A stretch of 64,000 nucleotides of DNA, taken from a virus (Duplodnaviria > Caudoviricetes). Under the pieces are notes generated by a model. It saw only the letters and a program-made list of their open reading frames with translations, had not been told where the DNA came from and made no database searches. The stretch lies in the IMG/VR virus record IMGVR_UViG_3300032234_000392, positions 99,264 to 163,263 of that record; one strand, 5' to 3'. Of this stretch, positions 46,206 to 54,458 are shown piece by piece (within the stretch, counting starts at the first letter, position 1; each line of letters begins with the position of its first letter). The position numbers were made by a program, and so were the translations under genes.

Positions 46206-46712
46206 TCACCCATTTAACACTTTAGCAACACTATTCATGACGCTGGCAATACGTCCAATATCACGAAGATTCTCTACTGTGTAGCCTTCTTGTTTCAATG
46301 TGTCATAGTGTGCCTTAACACAGAAGTGACACTTGCCAACAATACTTGCAGCCAAACTAAATGCTTCGAAGTTTGCCTTAGTAGTTCCGCCGTGTGATGC
46401 AATAGCATTCATTCGAAGCTGTGCTGGTAATCCTTTTAGTGCAGGATCTTCAGCCATCTCAACAAATGGATACCACACATTGTTCTGTGCCATAATGCTT
46501 GCGGCTGTCATTGCAGAATCTGCGTGAACTGGTGCGTCTGCCAACATTACCGATAATACTTTGCCGTTGCCTGTGGCAGCCAGTGCGGCCACAGCACAAC
46601 CCATGGCCACATCTGCATCCAAGGTGCTACGCAAAAGAACAGCGTCAAGATTTAACTTGGTGTCCTTGGCGTAGTCTGGCAACGCTTCTTTAATAGCGTC
46701 AATGAATGCCAT
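46206..46712 (-). CDS. ahpD: alkyl hydroperoxide reductase AhpD
   Basis: LPDYAKDTKLNL, MAQNNVWY, KCHFCVKAH. Confidence 0.9.
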   Translation of the reverse strand: MAFIDAIKEALPDYAKDTKLNLDAVLLRSTLDADVAMGCAVAALAATGNGKVLSVMLADAPVHADSAMTAASIMAQNNVWYPFVEMAEDPALKGLPAQLRMNAIASHGGTTKANFEAFSLAASIVGKCHFCVKAHYDTLKQEGYTVENLRDIGRIASVMNSVAKVLNG

Positions 46713-47251
46713 TATAGTGTTTCTCCGCCTACTGTACGGTTACATGCACATAACTCGCCAGTTTGTAGAGCGTCTAATACACGCAAAGTTTCTTCTGGGC
46801 TACGACCAACGTTCAAGTTGTTGACTGTGACATGTTGAATTTCATTGTTTGGATCAACAATAAATGTAGCACGAAGTGCGGCACCTGCTGGAGCATAGAA
46901 CACACCAAGCTGTTCAATCAAACTTAACTCACCACGCTGTGTGTCAGCAAATTGTGTGTGAGTAATTTTCTTTAGATCAGCATGGGCATTTTGCCAGCTA
47001 ACTTTACAAAACTCGTTGTCTGTGCTACCTGTGAGCAATACAGCATCACGATCAGCAAAGTCATTGGCTAGTTTATCGTAGGCTACAATTTCTGTAGGGC
47101 ATACAAATGTAAAGTCTTTTGGATAGTAAACAATTACTTTCCACTTGCCTTCGAATGACTTTTCTGTAATGTCAAAGAATGCATCTTCTGGTTGTCCAGG
47201 CTTAACACCTGTAATTGTAAATGGGGCCAATTTATCGCCAACTGTTTTCAT
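46712..47251 (-). CDS. ahpC: peroxiredoxin AhpC
   Basis: YPKDFTFVCPTEI, LRATFIVDP, VGRS, LCAC. Confidence 0.95.
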   Translation of the reverse strand: MKTVGDKLAPFTITGVKPGQPEDAFFDITEKSFEGKWKVIVYYPKDFTFVCPTEIVAYDKLANDFADRDAVLLTGSTDNEFCKVSWQNAHADLKKITHTQFADTQRGELSLIEQLGVFYAPAGAALRATFIVDPNNEIQHVTVNNLNVGRSPEETLRVLDALQTGELCACNRTVGGETL

Positions 47252-47403
47252 AAAATCTCCTTGTGTGTGTTTGAAAACTTCTCTCAGCGTTTTCACTGAG
47301 TATGTGTATATTATATATCCTAAAGAAACCTATTGTCAAGCAATTTTAATAGGTTTTTTCTATTGTATTTTTTAATATCGAATATTAAAAAAATCTATAT
47401 GAT

Positions 47404-47426
47404 AAAAAAGCGGCCGAAGCCGCTTT
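47404..47426 (-). terminator. terminator after tmRNA
   Basis: AAAGCGGC-TTCG-GCCGC-TTTTTT. Confidence 0.8.
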
Positions 47427-47800
47427 GGTTGTTTGGATGACAAGGTAAGTCCTACCTCGCGAGTGCAGTTTCTTAGGCTGCTACTGCTACTCCACCTTTT
47501 ACAGTATTACCTGTGAAAGAGAAAGTACCAATCTCGAATGTATCTGCGTTTGCATTTACGAGTTTTGCTTGATTAACGGTCATCGCCTACCGTGTTGCCT
47601 CTTTCGCTATCTCGCCATGTCGAAACTGATTCATCCCCATCAAAAAGACTTTTAACAATCCAAAACAGATAATTTAGTGCTACTGCTATGCCCCAAAGAT
47701 AAACCCATTGCCAATTATCAAACATAAAATCCTTTTGGTGGAGATGCCGGGCTCTGCCCCCGGGTCCACAACGCCTTTACTACGAAGGAATTACAACAAT
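47427..47800 (-). ncRNA. ssrA: circularly permuted (two-piece) tmRNA; tag (A)ANADTFEIGTFSFTGNTVKGGVAVAA
   Basis: acceptor piece ending CATCTCCACCA at 47736 precedes coding piece starting GGGGATG at 47638 (G3:U70); TTCGAC; resume context TAAAT-GCA; tag 47473-47553 ends in AA. Confidence 0.88.
47573..47725 (-). CDS. putative 50-aa single-TM peptide starting in the tmRNA intervening segment
   Basis: AAAGGA RBS; MFDNWQWVYLWGIAVALNYLFWIVKSLF... Confidence 0.4.
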   Translation of the reverse strand: MFDNWQWVYLWGIAVALNYLFWIVKSLFDGDESVSTWRDSERGNTVGDDR

Positions 47801-47803
47801 TCT

Positions 47804-47875
47804 TTAAAAGAGGACTAAAAAGAATACCGCTACTACTATCACGATCCCAATTGCGAAATTGTAATCTGGTTCCAT
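47804..47875 (-). CDS. putative 23-aa membrane micropeptide MEPDYNFAIGIVIVVAVFFLVLF
   Basis: AGGGG RBS, hydrophobic run, directly after the cold-shock gene. Confidence 0.4.
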   Translation of the reverse strand: MEPDYNFAIGIVIVVAVFFLVLF

Positions 47876-47890
47876 AAGTCCCCCTGTTTA

Positions 47891-48094
47891 TTAAGCTGGC
47901 TGAATATTACTAGCCTGTGCGCCTTTCATGCCTTGAGTTACTTCAAACCTTACACTCTGTCCTTCTTGTAAGCTCTTGAAGCCACTCGAATTAATCTGTG
48001 AAAAGTGTGCGAATAAATCTGCGCCACCGTCGTCTGGAGTAATAAAACCAAAACCTTTGGCGTCATTAAACCACTTTACTTTACCTGTTACCAT
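47891..48094 (-). CDS. cspA: cold-shock protein
   Basis: [23 protein letters not shown]. Confidence 0.95.
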   Translation of the reverse strand: MVTGKVKWFNDAKGFGFITPDDGGADLFAHFSQINSSGFKSLQEGQSVRFEVTQGMKGAQASNIQPA

Positions 48095-48148
48095 TATATT
48101 ACTTTACCTTTTATGTTATATACCACGTGTCTGTGTGTATGTTAGTAT

Positions 48149-48406
48149 TTAAGCATCTTTTTGACTATTTGTCAAGAGCTTTGAGTGAAGAATCATGTTT
48201 TCTGTAGTCAATTTAGTAATTGTTGCTAACATGATCAGCTTTTCCTCCGGTGTGTAAGAATCTTTATCAAACATTTCTAGTACACTTGCGCCAATCATTT
48301 TCATTGCTTCTTCTTGACCTTTTTTAAAAACTCCCCAATCAAACGGGTCGCCTTCTTCTACTGCAAATGCAATATCACATAATTCTTCTAAGGTTATTTT
48401 AGCCAT
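48149..48406 (-). CDS. hypothetical protein
   Basis: 85-aa ORF in gene string. Confidence 0.6.
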   Translation of the reverse strand: MAKITLEELCDIAFAVEEGDPFDWGVFKKGQEEAMKMIGASVLEMFDKDSYTPEEKLIMLATITKLTTENMILHSKLLTNSQKDA

Positions 48407-48810
48407 CCAATCCTCTTGTTGTTATCTACTCTATGTTGCCATTCTTCAACACTTCCAGGAAAGCGCCATGCCCATACAGCTACTATGGCCATAAAGACTG
48501 CAGTACTTAATATGCCTATTGGCTTTACTCCTGTAAACCACATGATGATCAAACTTGAAGTCATCATGGCCAGCATGAAGTATTTCATCTTAGTTGGGAA
48601 CACACGTTTCTGCCCCCAGTTGGTTAAGAACGGACCAAACAATTTGTGATTATAAATCCAACGATGCATGCGTTCACTGCCCTTGCTAAAACAATAAGCA
48701 GCAAATACCACAAAGATTGAGTAAGGCATACCCGGAGTAATCACTCCTACATAGGCCAATCCTAAACTAATGAATCCAGCGGTATTCCAAAATAGTTTTT
48801 TAATGTTCAT
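48394..48810 (-). CDS. YbaN/DUF454 family membrane protein
   Basis: GVITPGMP..F..AAYCFSKGSERMHRWI..H..FGP. Confidence 0.8.
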   Translation of the reverse strand: MNIKKLFWNTAGFISLGLAYVGVITPGMPYSIFVVFAAYCFSKGSERMHRWIYNHKLFGPFLTNWGQKRVFPTKMKYFMLAMMTSSLIIMWFTGVKPIGILSTAVFMAIVAVWAWRFPGSVEEWQHRVDNNKRIGWLK

Positions 48811-49805
48811 GCTGCTACTACCCTATTAGGTACTGCACTGACAATAATGTCAGAGTGCAAATTTGGTGTAAACTTTCCTCCAGCAGCACCATTTAGTGTT
48901 GCTAATTTATTCTGTGGTTTATTTTGTCTTATACTAGTGCCGCCATAAGGCAATCCCGGTGCAGCAAAACTTAGATGTATCCACACAGTCTTGCCTGGTA
49001 GATATTCTAACAACAATTGATCGTAGGGAATATTTTTACTGATCCACACAGCAATGTCAAAGTAGTCGTGTGCGCCTACTCCTCTAAACTGCAGATCCAT
49101 AGCTTGTCCAGTACCGTGTTGACTTTTAGGATCGTTATGTCTAAAACTATTAGTTACAGTCACATTTGGATATTTGGCCTTGATCGGTTCATAGACATTT
49201 AATGCCAATGCCGCTAGATTGTTAACTACTGCCTGTGGTCCACTAACTGAAGGTGCACATTGTGATAGTTGAGCTATAGTTCTAGGAAAGGTGACATTTT
49301 TAATCATAGTTCCTAGAGTAGTGCCATTAGGAGTTAGTACTGTGGCAAAACTAATATCTCCTGTGACTGCAGCAGATTCGCGAGCTGCTGGAGGCGCTAC
49401 AGGCGCTACTCCTTGAGTCTTTGGAGTTGGAGTAGTCGTCAGTTCTGTGTGTTCTTGTTTGGTGATACGACCTTCTGCTAAGAACTTATCAGCTTCTACT
49501 TTTCCTGCAGTGTTGTCGTCATCACCCTCAACGTTTTGAACAGCCTGTACCACAGTAACTCGAGGAACTGTGACTGCTGAAAATGATCCTTCTGTACTGG
49601 CTGCATTGTATAGTGCAATTATCTGCCCGTTGGCAAAAACGTTAGCAGCATCATAAACCGGTTCAACCCTACCGTTGGTACCAAACCTAAGCCCTGTGAT
49701 TGCAGTAAACGGATGTGTATGCGATACTGGAATTCTAGCCGAAGGCCCGTCAGCAGGTGTATTAGCTGGCGCCGAGCTTGGGTTGATTGTTGGGGTAGTT
49801 GCCAT
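48807..49805 (-). CDS. peptidase M15-type (Zn) protein, probably virion/lysis associated
   Basis: NSFR..SQHGTGQAMD, DQLLLEY, WIHLS. Confidence 0.8.
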   Translation of the reverse strand: MATTPTINPSSAPANTPADGPSARIPVSHTHPFTAITGLRFGTNGRVEPVYDAANVFANGQIIALYNAASTEGSFSAVTVPRVTVVQAVQNVEGDDDNTAGKVEADKFLAEGRITKQEHTELTTTPTPKTQGVAPVAPPAARESAAVTGDISFATVLTPNGTTLGTMIKNVTFPRTIAQLSQCAPSVSGPQAVVNNLAALALNVYEPIKAKYPNVTVTNSFRHNDPKSQHGTGQAMDLQFRGVGAHDYFDIAVWISKNIPYDQLLLEYLPGKTVWIHLSFAAPGLPYGGTSIRQNKPQNKLATLNGAAGGKFTPNLHSDIIVSAVPNRVVAA

Positions 49806-49813
49806 ACTACTAT

Positions 49814-50104
49814 TTAAGCCAGCGCGATCCCAGTAGTTGACTGTACAAACTGTTTGGCAAATACTTCATCAGTTGCTTCAGCTACTGTCACTGTAGTTTT
49901 TAACAGTTTAACTTCTTTTTCTGGATTAACTGTAAACAAGTAAGGCATTAGCCCTGGACCGCGTTCGCCCATGCCAATAACCATCGGACGATTCAATTTA
50001 TAATGTGTTGCTGTTTCTTCCACTAGTTTGGCTACGATTTCTTCACCACTAGTTAGTTTAAGAGTAATTACTTCTCCTGATGATACACCTTTATCTATTA
50101 ACAT
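49814..50104 (-). CDS. small Sm-like-fold hypothetical protein
   Basis: TLKLTSGEEIVAK motif of T4-like phage proteins. Confidence 0.6.
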   Translation of the reverse strand: MLIDKGVSSGEVITLKLTSGEEIVAKLVEETATHYKLNRPMVIGMGERGPGLMPYLFTVNPEKEVKLLKTTVTVAEATDEVFAKQFVQSTTGIALA

Positions 50105-50105
50105 A

Positions 50106-50330
50106 CTATCCTTGTAAATGTTTCTTTAATTCTGTAAAACCGCCAATCAAATTTCCATCTAGAAAAATCTGTGGCACTGTTCTTGCTGTGGGTACTGCTT
50201 CTAGTAAATCTTCTTTAGTATACCCATCGCCCACTTTACGCTCTTCAAACTCAATACCTTTTTGTTTCAGTAGTGCTTTTGCTTGATCGCAGTAGGGGCA
50301 ATGGTGCTTGCTCCATACGATTGCTTTCAT
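50106..50330 (-). CDS. glutaredoxin
   Basis: CPYC, TVPQIF, IGGF. Confidence 0.95.
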   Translation of the reverse strand: MKAIVWSKHHCPYCDQAKALLKQKGIEFEERKVGDGYTKEDLLEAVPTARTVPQIFLDGNLIGGFTELKKHLQG

Positions 50331-50345
50331 TATATTTCCTTAAGT

Positions 50346-50513
50346 TTAACCGGTGTAAACAACCCCGCCACTCTTGTCAGTGACTCGAACCATCAGCATG
50401 CCTTTGTTTTTATACTGTAAAGCCGCAGCCATAGCTGATTGTTCATTACCATAGTGTCCTATGGTTGTCCAACTTTCGTAGGGGTTGCTTCTTTTGAATT
50501 GTGCTTTGTACAT
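50346..50513 (-). CDS. 55-aa hypothetical protein (MYKAQFKR...)
   Basis: fills the gap between nrdB and glutaredoxin; not in the ORF track. Confidence 0.5.
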   Translation of the reverse strand: MYKAQFKRSNPYESWTTIGHYGNEQSAMAAALQYKNKGMLMVRVTDKSGGVVYTG

Positions 50514-50519
50514 AGTTTA

Positions 50520-51620
50520 TTATATAGCCGGAAGAGCATCATAGTCAAGATTTTCTCCCATCACACCTATGACGTAGTTTGTTGACTCTGATTCTTGTAG
50601 TGCTGTTTGTTTCTTGCTAGTATCTGAATGCTTGTTAAACCAAGGAATCGGAGTTGATTTTGGATGAGGATGTGTGTACTTAATACCAATATCTTTTAAA
50701 GCTGCGGCCGCGGTGTAATCTACAAAATCTTTAAGTATGTTAGCATTAAGACCAATTACAGGACCGCGATTAAACAAATACTCAGCCCATGCTTTTTCTT
50801 CACGAATAACATCCATATACAATGCATACACTTCTGTTTCACACTCTGCCTTAGCAGCTAGGAATCGGTCGTCTTCTTTGATCACTTGATTGATCATATA
50901 AGCAGTCCAGCCTTTGTGTAGTAGTTCGTCTTGTAGGATTAGGCTGATAATGTTGCCATTGCCAATAAAGATTTTATTCTCAACCATTGCTAAACTTGTG
51001 GCAAACGATACCATAAAGCGGAATGCCTCCAATGCGTAAGACGCATGAAGAGCCATCCACACTGCTCGGATATGTTCTTTTTCTGAAACTTTTTCGCCTA
51101 GTTCTTTACGGCAGTTGATAACATGCAATTCGTCATAGTACTTGCCAACTGAACTGGCCATGTCTACAATTTCTTTAGTGTCGTGAATGGTGTTAAACAC
51201 ATCTTTAGGTACGTTATAGATGTTGCGAATAATGTGACTGTATGATTTACTGTGAATGTTAGTTTCAAAGAATCCCCAGTTATACATTAGTGCTTCTACT
51301 TCTGGTAATGAACACACAGGGGTGAATACTTGTGTTGGTCCACGACCTTGCAAACTATCTAGTGCAGTCTGACGCAGCAAATTACTGGTAAAGATATGTT
51401 TAACTGCATCACTGGCTTCTTTAAAATCGTTAGCATCTTTGGTAAGACTAATCTCTTCTGGTTGCCAAAAGAATCCACGTGCAGTACTGTCAAAATCTGC
51501 AATCTTCTTGTATTTGACTTCTTCAAATCGCTGAATAGTCACTGGACCTGCTGGGTCAAGAAACATCTTGCGTCCAAGGTAGTCTGTCTTTGTGTTTAAA
51601 TTATATTGTGCTTTGCTCAT
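50520..51620 (-). CDS. nrdB: ribonucleotide reductase class Ia beta subunit
   Basis: FFWQPEE, ETNIHSKSY, EAFRFMVSF, DELLH. Confidence 0.95.
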   Translation of the reverse strand: MSKAQYNLNTKTDYLGRKMFLDPAGPVTIQRFEEVKYKKIADFDSTARGFFWQPEEISLTKDANDFKEASDAVKHIFTSNLLRQTALDSLQGRGPTQVFTPVCSLPEVEALMYNWGFFETNIHSKSYSHIIRNIYNVPKDVFNTIHDTKEIVDMASSVGKYYDELHVINCRKELGEKVSEKEHIRAVWMALHASYALEAFRFMVSFATSLAMVENKIFIGNGNIISLILQDELLHKGWTAYMINQVIKEDDRFLAAKAECETEVYALYMDVIREEKAWAEYLFNRGPVIGLNANILKDFVDYTAAAALKDIGIKYTHPHPKSTPIPWFNKHSDTSKKQTALQESESTNYVIGVMGENLDYDALPAI

Positions 51621-51628
51621 AGTATCTC

Positions 51629-53950
51629 TTAAAGTTTACAACTTTCGCAATCGGCTTCTTCATCAAAGTCAATTGGAGCTAGTCCCATCGGTGGCGTTTC
51701 TTCTGCTGCTGCCTTACTACCTGCTTTGTTAATCAAACTGTAGTAGAATGTTTTCAATCCCCATACATGTGCCTGCATCAAATTACGAGCAATTAATGTA
51801 GTCGGCACTTTACGATCTGCAAAGTGTGCAGGATTGTAGAATGTATTGGTACTAATACTCTGATCAACATAGGCCGCTAACACAGCCGCAGTCTTTAGGT
51901 AGCCATCACAGTCTTTCTGTTCCCACATCAGTTGATACTTGTTTTTTAATCTATTGTATTCAGGAGCAACTTGTGTAAACGATCCTGCTTTAGATTCTTT
52001 AGTAGTAATCAGACTCATTGGCATTTCAATGCCGTTAGTCGAGTTAATAACAACACTACTAGACTCCACTGGAGCAATAGCCATTAGGGTAGCATTACGA
52101 ACTCCGTACTGCTTCATTTGTTCGCGGAGAGGTTCCCAGTCAAGTTCGGGGGCAAAGTCGGCGAGTTGGTTGACTCCTGCGGCTCTTCTTTCCCAGGGGA
52201 AGATACCCTGACCATATCGAGTTTTATGGGAGTCCACGCAGGGTCCTCTTTCTCGGGCCAGTTCGACTGTGGCTTCTGTGAGGTAGAATGCCTGATGCTC
52301 CATCCATGATTTAACTTCTGCCAATGCGTCTTTGTCGCCATATTTTAAGCTCCTTTTAGCATGCCAATAGGCAAGGTTAGTAATACCAATACCAAGAGGC
52401 TGTATCTCATCATTTGAAAGTTTACTTTGAATTGATAAAAAGTCTTGATAGTCTAGGATATTACATAAACTGCGTTGTAATATGCGACAGGCTCTACGCA
52501 TGTCTTCTGGGTTTCGGAACGCACCCCAGTTGATGGATCCCAGTGTGCATAACGCTATGCGTCCCTCCTCGTCGTCTAATCTCTTAAATGGACGGGTTGG
52601 CAATAAGATCTCACAGCACAAGTTACTTTGATAGATAGTATGGTACTCAGGATCAAAAGGACCCTGATTCATAACATTATCAATAAACACCAAATAGATG
52701 CGACCTGTATCTGTACGCTCCTTAAGAATGCCGCTTTTAAATACTTCTTCAGCACTCATTGTTTTCTTGCGTAAGTCTTTACGCTTTTCATACTTTACAT
52801 ATAATTCTTCAAACTTTTCTACATTACTGTAAAATGCTTCATATAGTTCTGGCACTTCATTAGGATCGAAGAATGTAATATCTTCTTTGTTCTTAAAGCG
52901 TCTCCAGAAGAATGCCGAAAGGACAACACCGTAGTCCATGTGACGAACACGGGTTTCTTCTGTGCCTTGATTGTTTTTAAGAACAATAAGGTCGTCAAAC
53001 TGATGATGCCAAATAGGATAGAATACTGTGGCACTGGCATTGCGGATACCGCCCTGCGAGCATGAACGTAGATCACCAAACCATTTTTTTAGGAATGGTA
53101 TCATACCTGTGTGCATGATTTCGCCACCTCTAATGGGACTACCTAATGGGCGTAAACGACCAATCTCTAAACCAATGCCAGCACGTTTGCTGGCATACTT
53201 GGCCATCATCTCACCAGAAGCAAATATGCTATCCAGATCGTCGTCACTGCGGATAAGCACACAACTAGAAAACTGCTTAGTTGGAGTGCCAAGACCAGCC
53301 AACACAGGTGTAGCAAGAGTAAACAAACCATCGGATGCCGCGTTATAGTATTCTTTAATATAACGCATTCTTGCACTATTCGGTTCTTCTTTATGGAACA
53401 CAGTCGCGGCTGCAACCATGTATCTAATTTGTGGAGTTTCATAAGTTTCCTTAGTGGCACGATTGCGAACAAGATACTTTTCAATTAACTGTTCAATGGC
53501 TGCGTAAGAATATTCTTCGTCTTTAGCATGCTCTAGCATGTCGTTCATCTTGTTCCAGTCATCTTCAGTGTACCACTCAAGTAATTCTGGTGTATACAGT
53601 CCAACCGATACGTTCTTTTTTATAATATCATATAGGTGAGGAACATCATATGATCCATAAACATCTTTACGCAACATTGACAGTCGTTGCTTACCTGCTA
53701 CATATTGATAATTGGTATGACCTACATCTGGATTATGTTCAACATCGATAAGATCAACTATAGCACGTAGCGTAATGCCATCAATATCTTCAGTGGTGAT
53801 TCCATCATAAAAATGTAGTTGAGCTTTAATTTCTATCATCGACTGACTAACGTCAGCAATACCTTTACATACTTTTGCTACTTGGGCTTGCCACTTTTCG
53901 ATCATTAGCGGTTCTTTCTGCCCATTCCTTTTAATTACTGTTATGCTCAT
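51629..53950 (-). CDS. nrdA: ribonucleotide reductase class Ia alpha subunit
   Basis: ATP cone, QFSSC, SNLCCEI, CTLGS, C-terminal CESC; no intein or intron seen. Confidence 0.97.
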   Translation of the reverse strand: MSITVIKRNGQKEPLMIEKWQAQVAKVCKGIADVSQSMIEIKAQLHFYDGITTEDIDGITLRAIVDLIDVEHNPDVGHTNYQYVAGKQRLSMLRKDVYGSYDVPHLYDIIKKNVSVGLYTPELLEWYTEDDWNKMNDMLEHAKDEEYSYAAIEQLIEKYLVRNRATKETYETPQIRYMVAAATVFHKEEPNSARMRYIKEYYNAASDGLFTLATPVLAGLGTPTKQFSSCVLIRSDDDLDSIFASGEMMAKYASKRAGIGLEIGRLRPLGSPIRGGEIMHTGMIPFLKKWFGDLRSCSQGGIRNASATVFYPIWHHQFDDLIVLKNNQGTEETRVRHMDYGVVLSAFFWRRFKNKEDITFFDPNEVPELYEAFYSNVEKFEELYVKYEKRKDLRKKTMSAEEVFKSGILKERTDTGRIYLVFIDNVMNQGPFDPEYHTIYQSNLCCEILLPTRPFKRLDDEEGRIALCTLGSINWGAFRNPEDMRRACRILQRSLCNILDYQDFLSIQSKLSNDEIQPLGIGITNLAYWHAKRSLKYGDKDALAEVKSWMEHQAFYLTEATVELARERGPCVDSHKTRYGQGIFPWERRAAGVNQLADFAPELDWEPLREQMKQYGVRNATLMAIAPVESSSVVINSTNGIEMPMSLITTKESKAGSFTQVAPEYNRLKNKYQLMWEQKDCDGYLKTAAVLAAYVDQSISTNTFYNPAHFADRKVPTTLIARNLMQAHVWGLKTFYYSLINKAGSKAAAEETPPMGLAPIDFDEEADCESCKL

Positions 53951-53990
53951 CTATGTCTCTATTTTAATAATTTTTCTAATGTGGTATTTA

Positions 53991-54458
53991 TTATATCTTA
54001 GATTTAGACCATATCATGCTGGTGTTAAATCTTTTTAATTCTTCAACATCTACTACTGTTTTATATTCTAAATTAAGTACGTGTTTATTGTCTACAATCA
54101 ATAGGTAAGCAGCTTCTTTTTTATTAAGAAGTGTAGATGTATGTATCTCACAATGAATATCCATAAAACGACGTGTTAATTTAATAGTGTACAGCATTCC
54201 TAACACAATTGCAAGTTCATCTAGTCGTGAATCTAGAATTAAATGCCAAGGGTCGGGCCATTCTGAGGAATTTTGGGGATCTAGATACGGACTAACAAAA
54301 GGAGCATGACTCCACAGTTCGGCAACATCTTCTAAGGGAGTCGCACTTGTTTCTAAACTATCTCTAAACTGCTTCCATTTTGTTAATCTATCTGTGCCGT
54401 AGCTATCAAACACCGTAGGCGACATCAAAAGAGATGTTACCTGTTGCGCCTGTGGCAA
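53991..54458 (-). CDS. hypothetical protein (start probably GTG near 54413)
   Basis: WPDPWHLI motif; overlaps the upstream gene. Confidence 0.6.
   Translation of the reverse strand: MPQAQQVTSLLMSPTVFDSYGTDRLTKWKQFRDSLETSATPLEDVAELWSHAPFVSPYLDPQNSSEWPDPWHLILDSRLDELAIVLGMLYTIKLTRRFMDIHCEIHTSTLLNKKEAAYLLIVDNKHVLNLEYKTVVDVEELKRFNTSMIWSKSKI

Noticed and set aside
37882-48094. Window being bacterial chromosome because of dnaK, rpsU, cspA, ahpC and ssrA
   Set aside because: These genes lack their usual operon partners (dnaJ/grpE, dnaG, groEL, smpB) and are interleaved with phage-type genes and promoters
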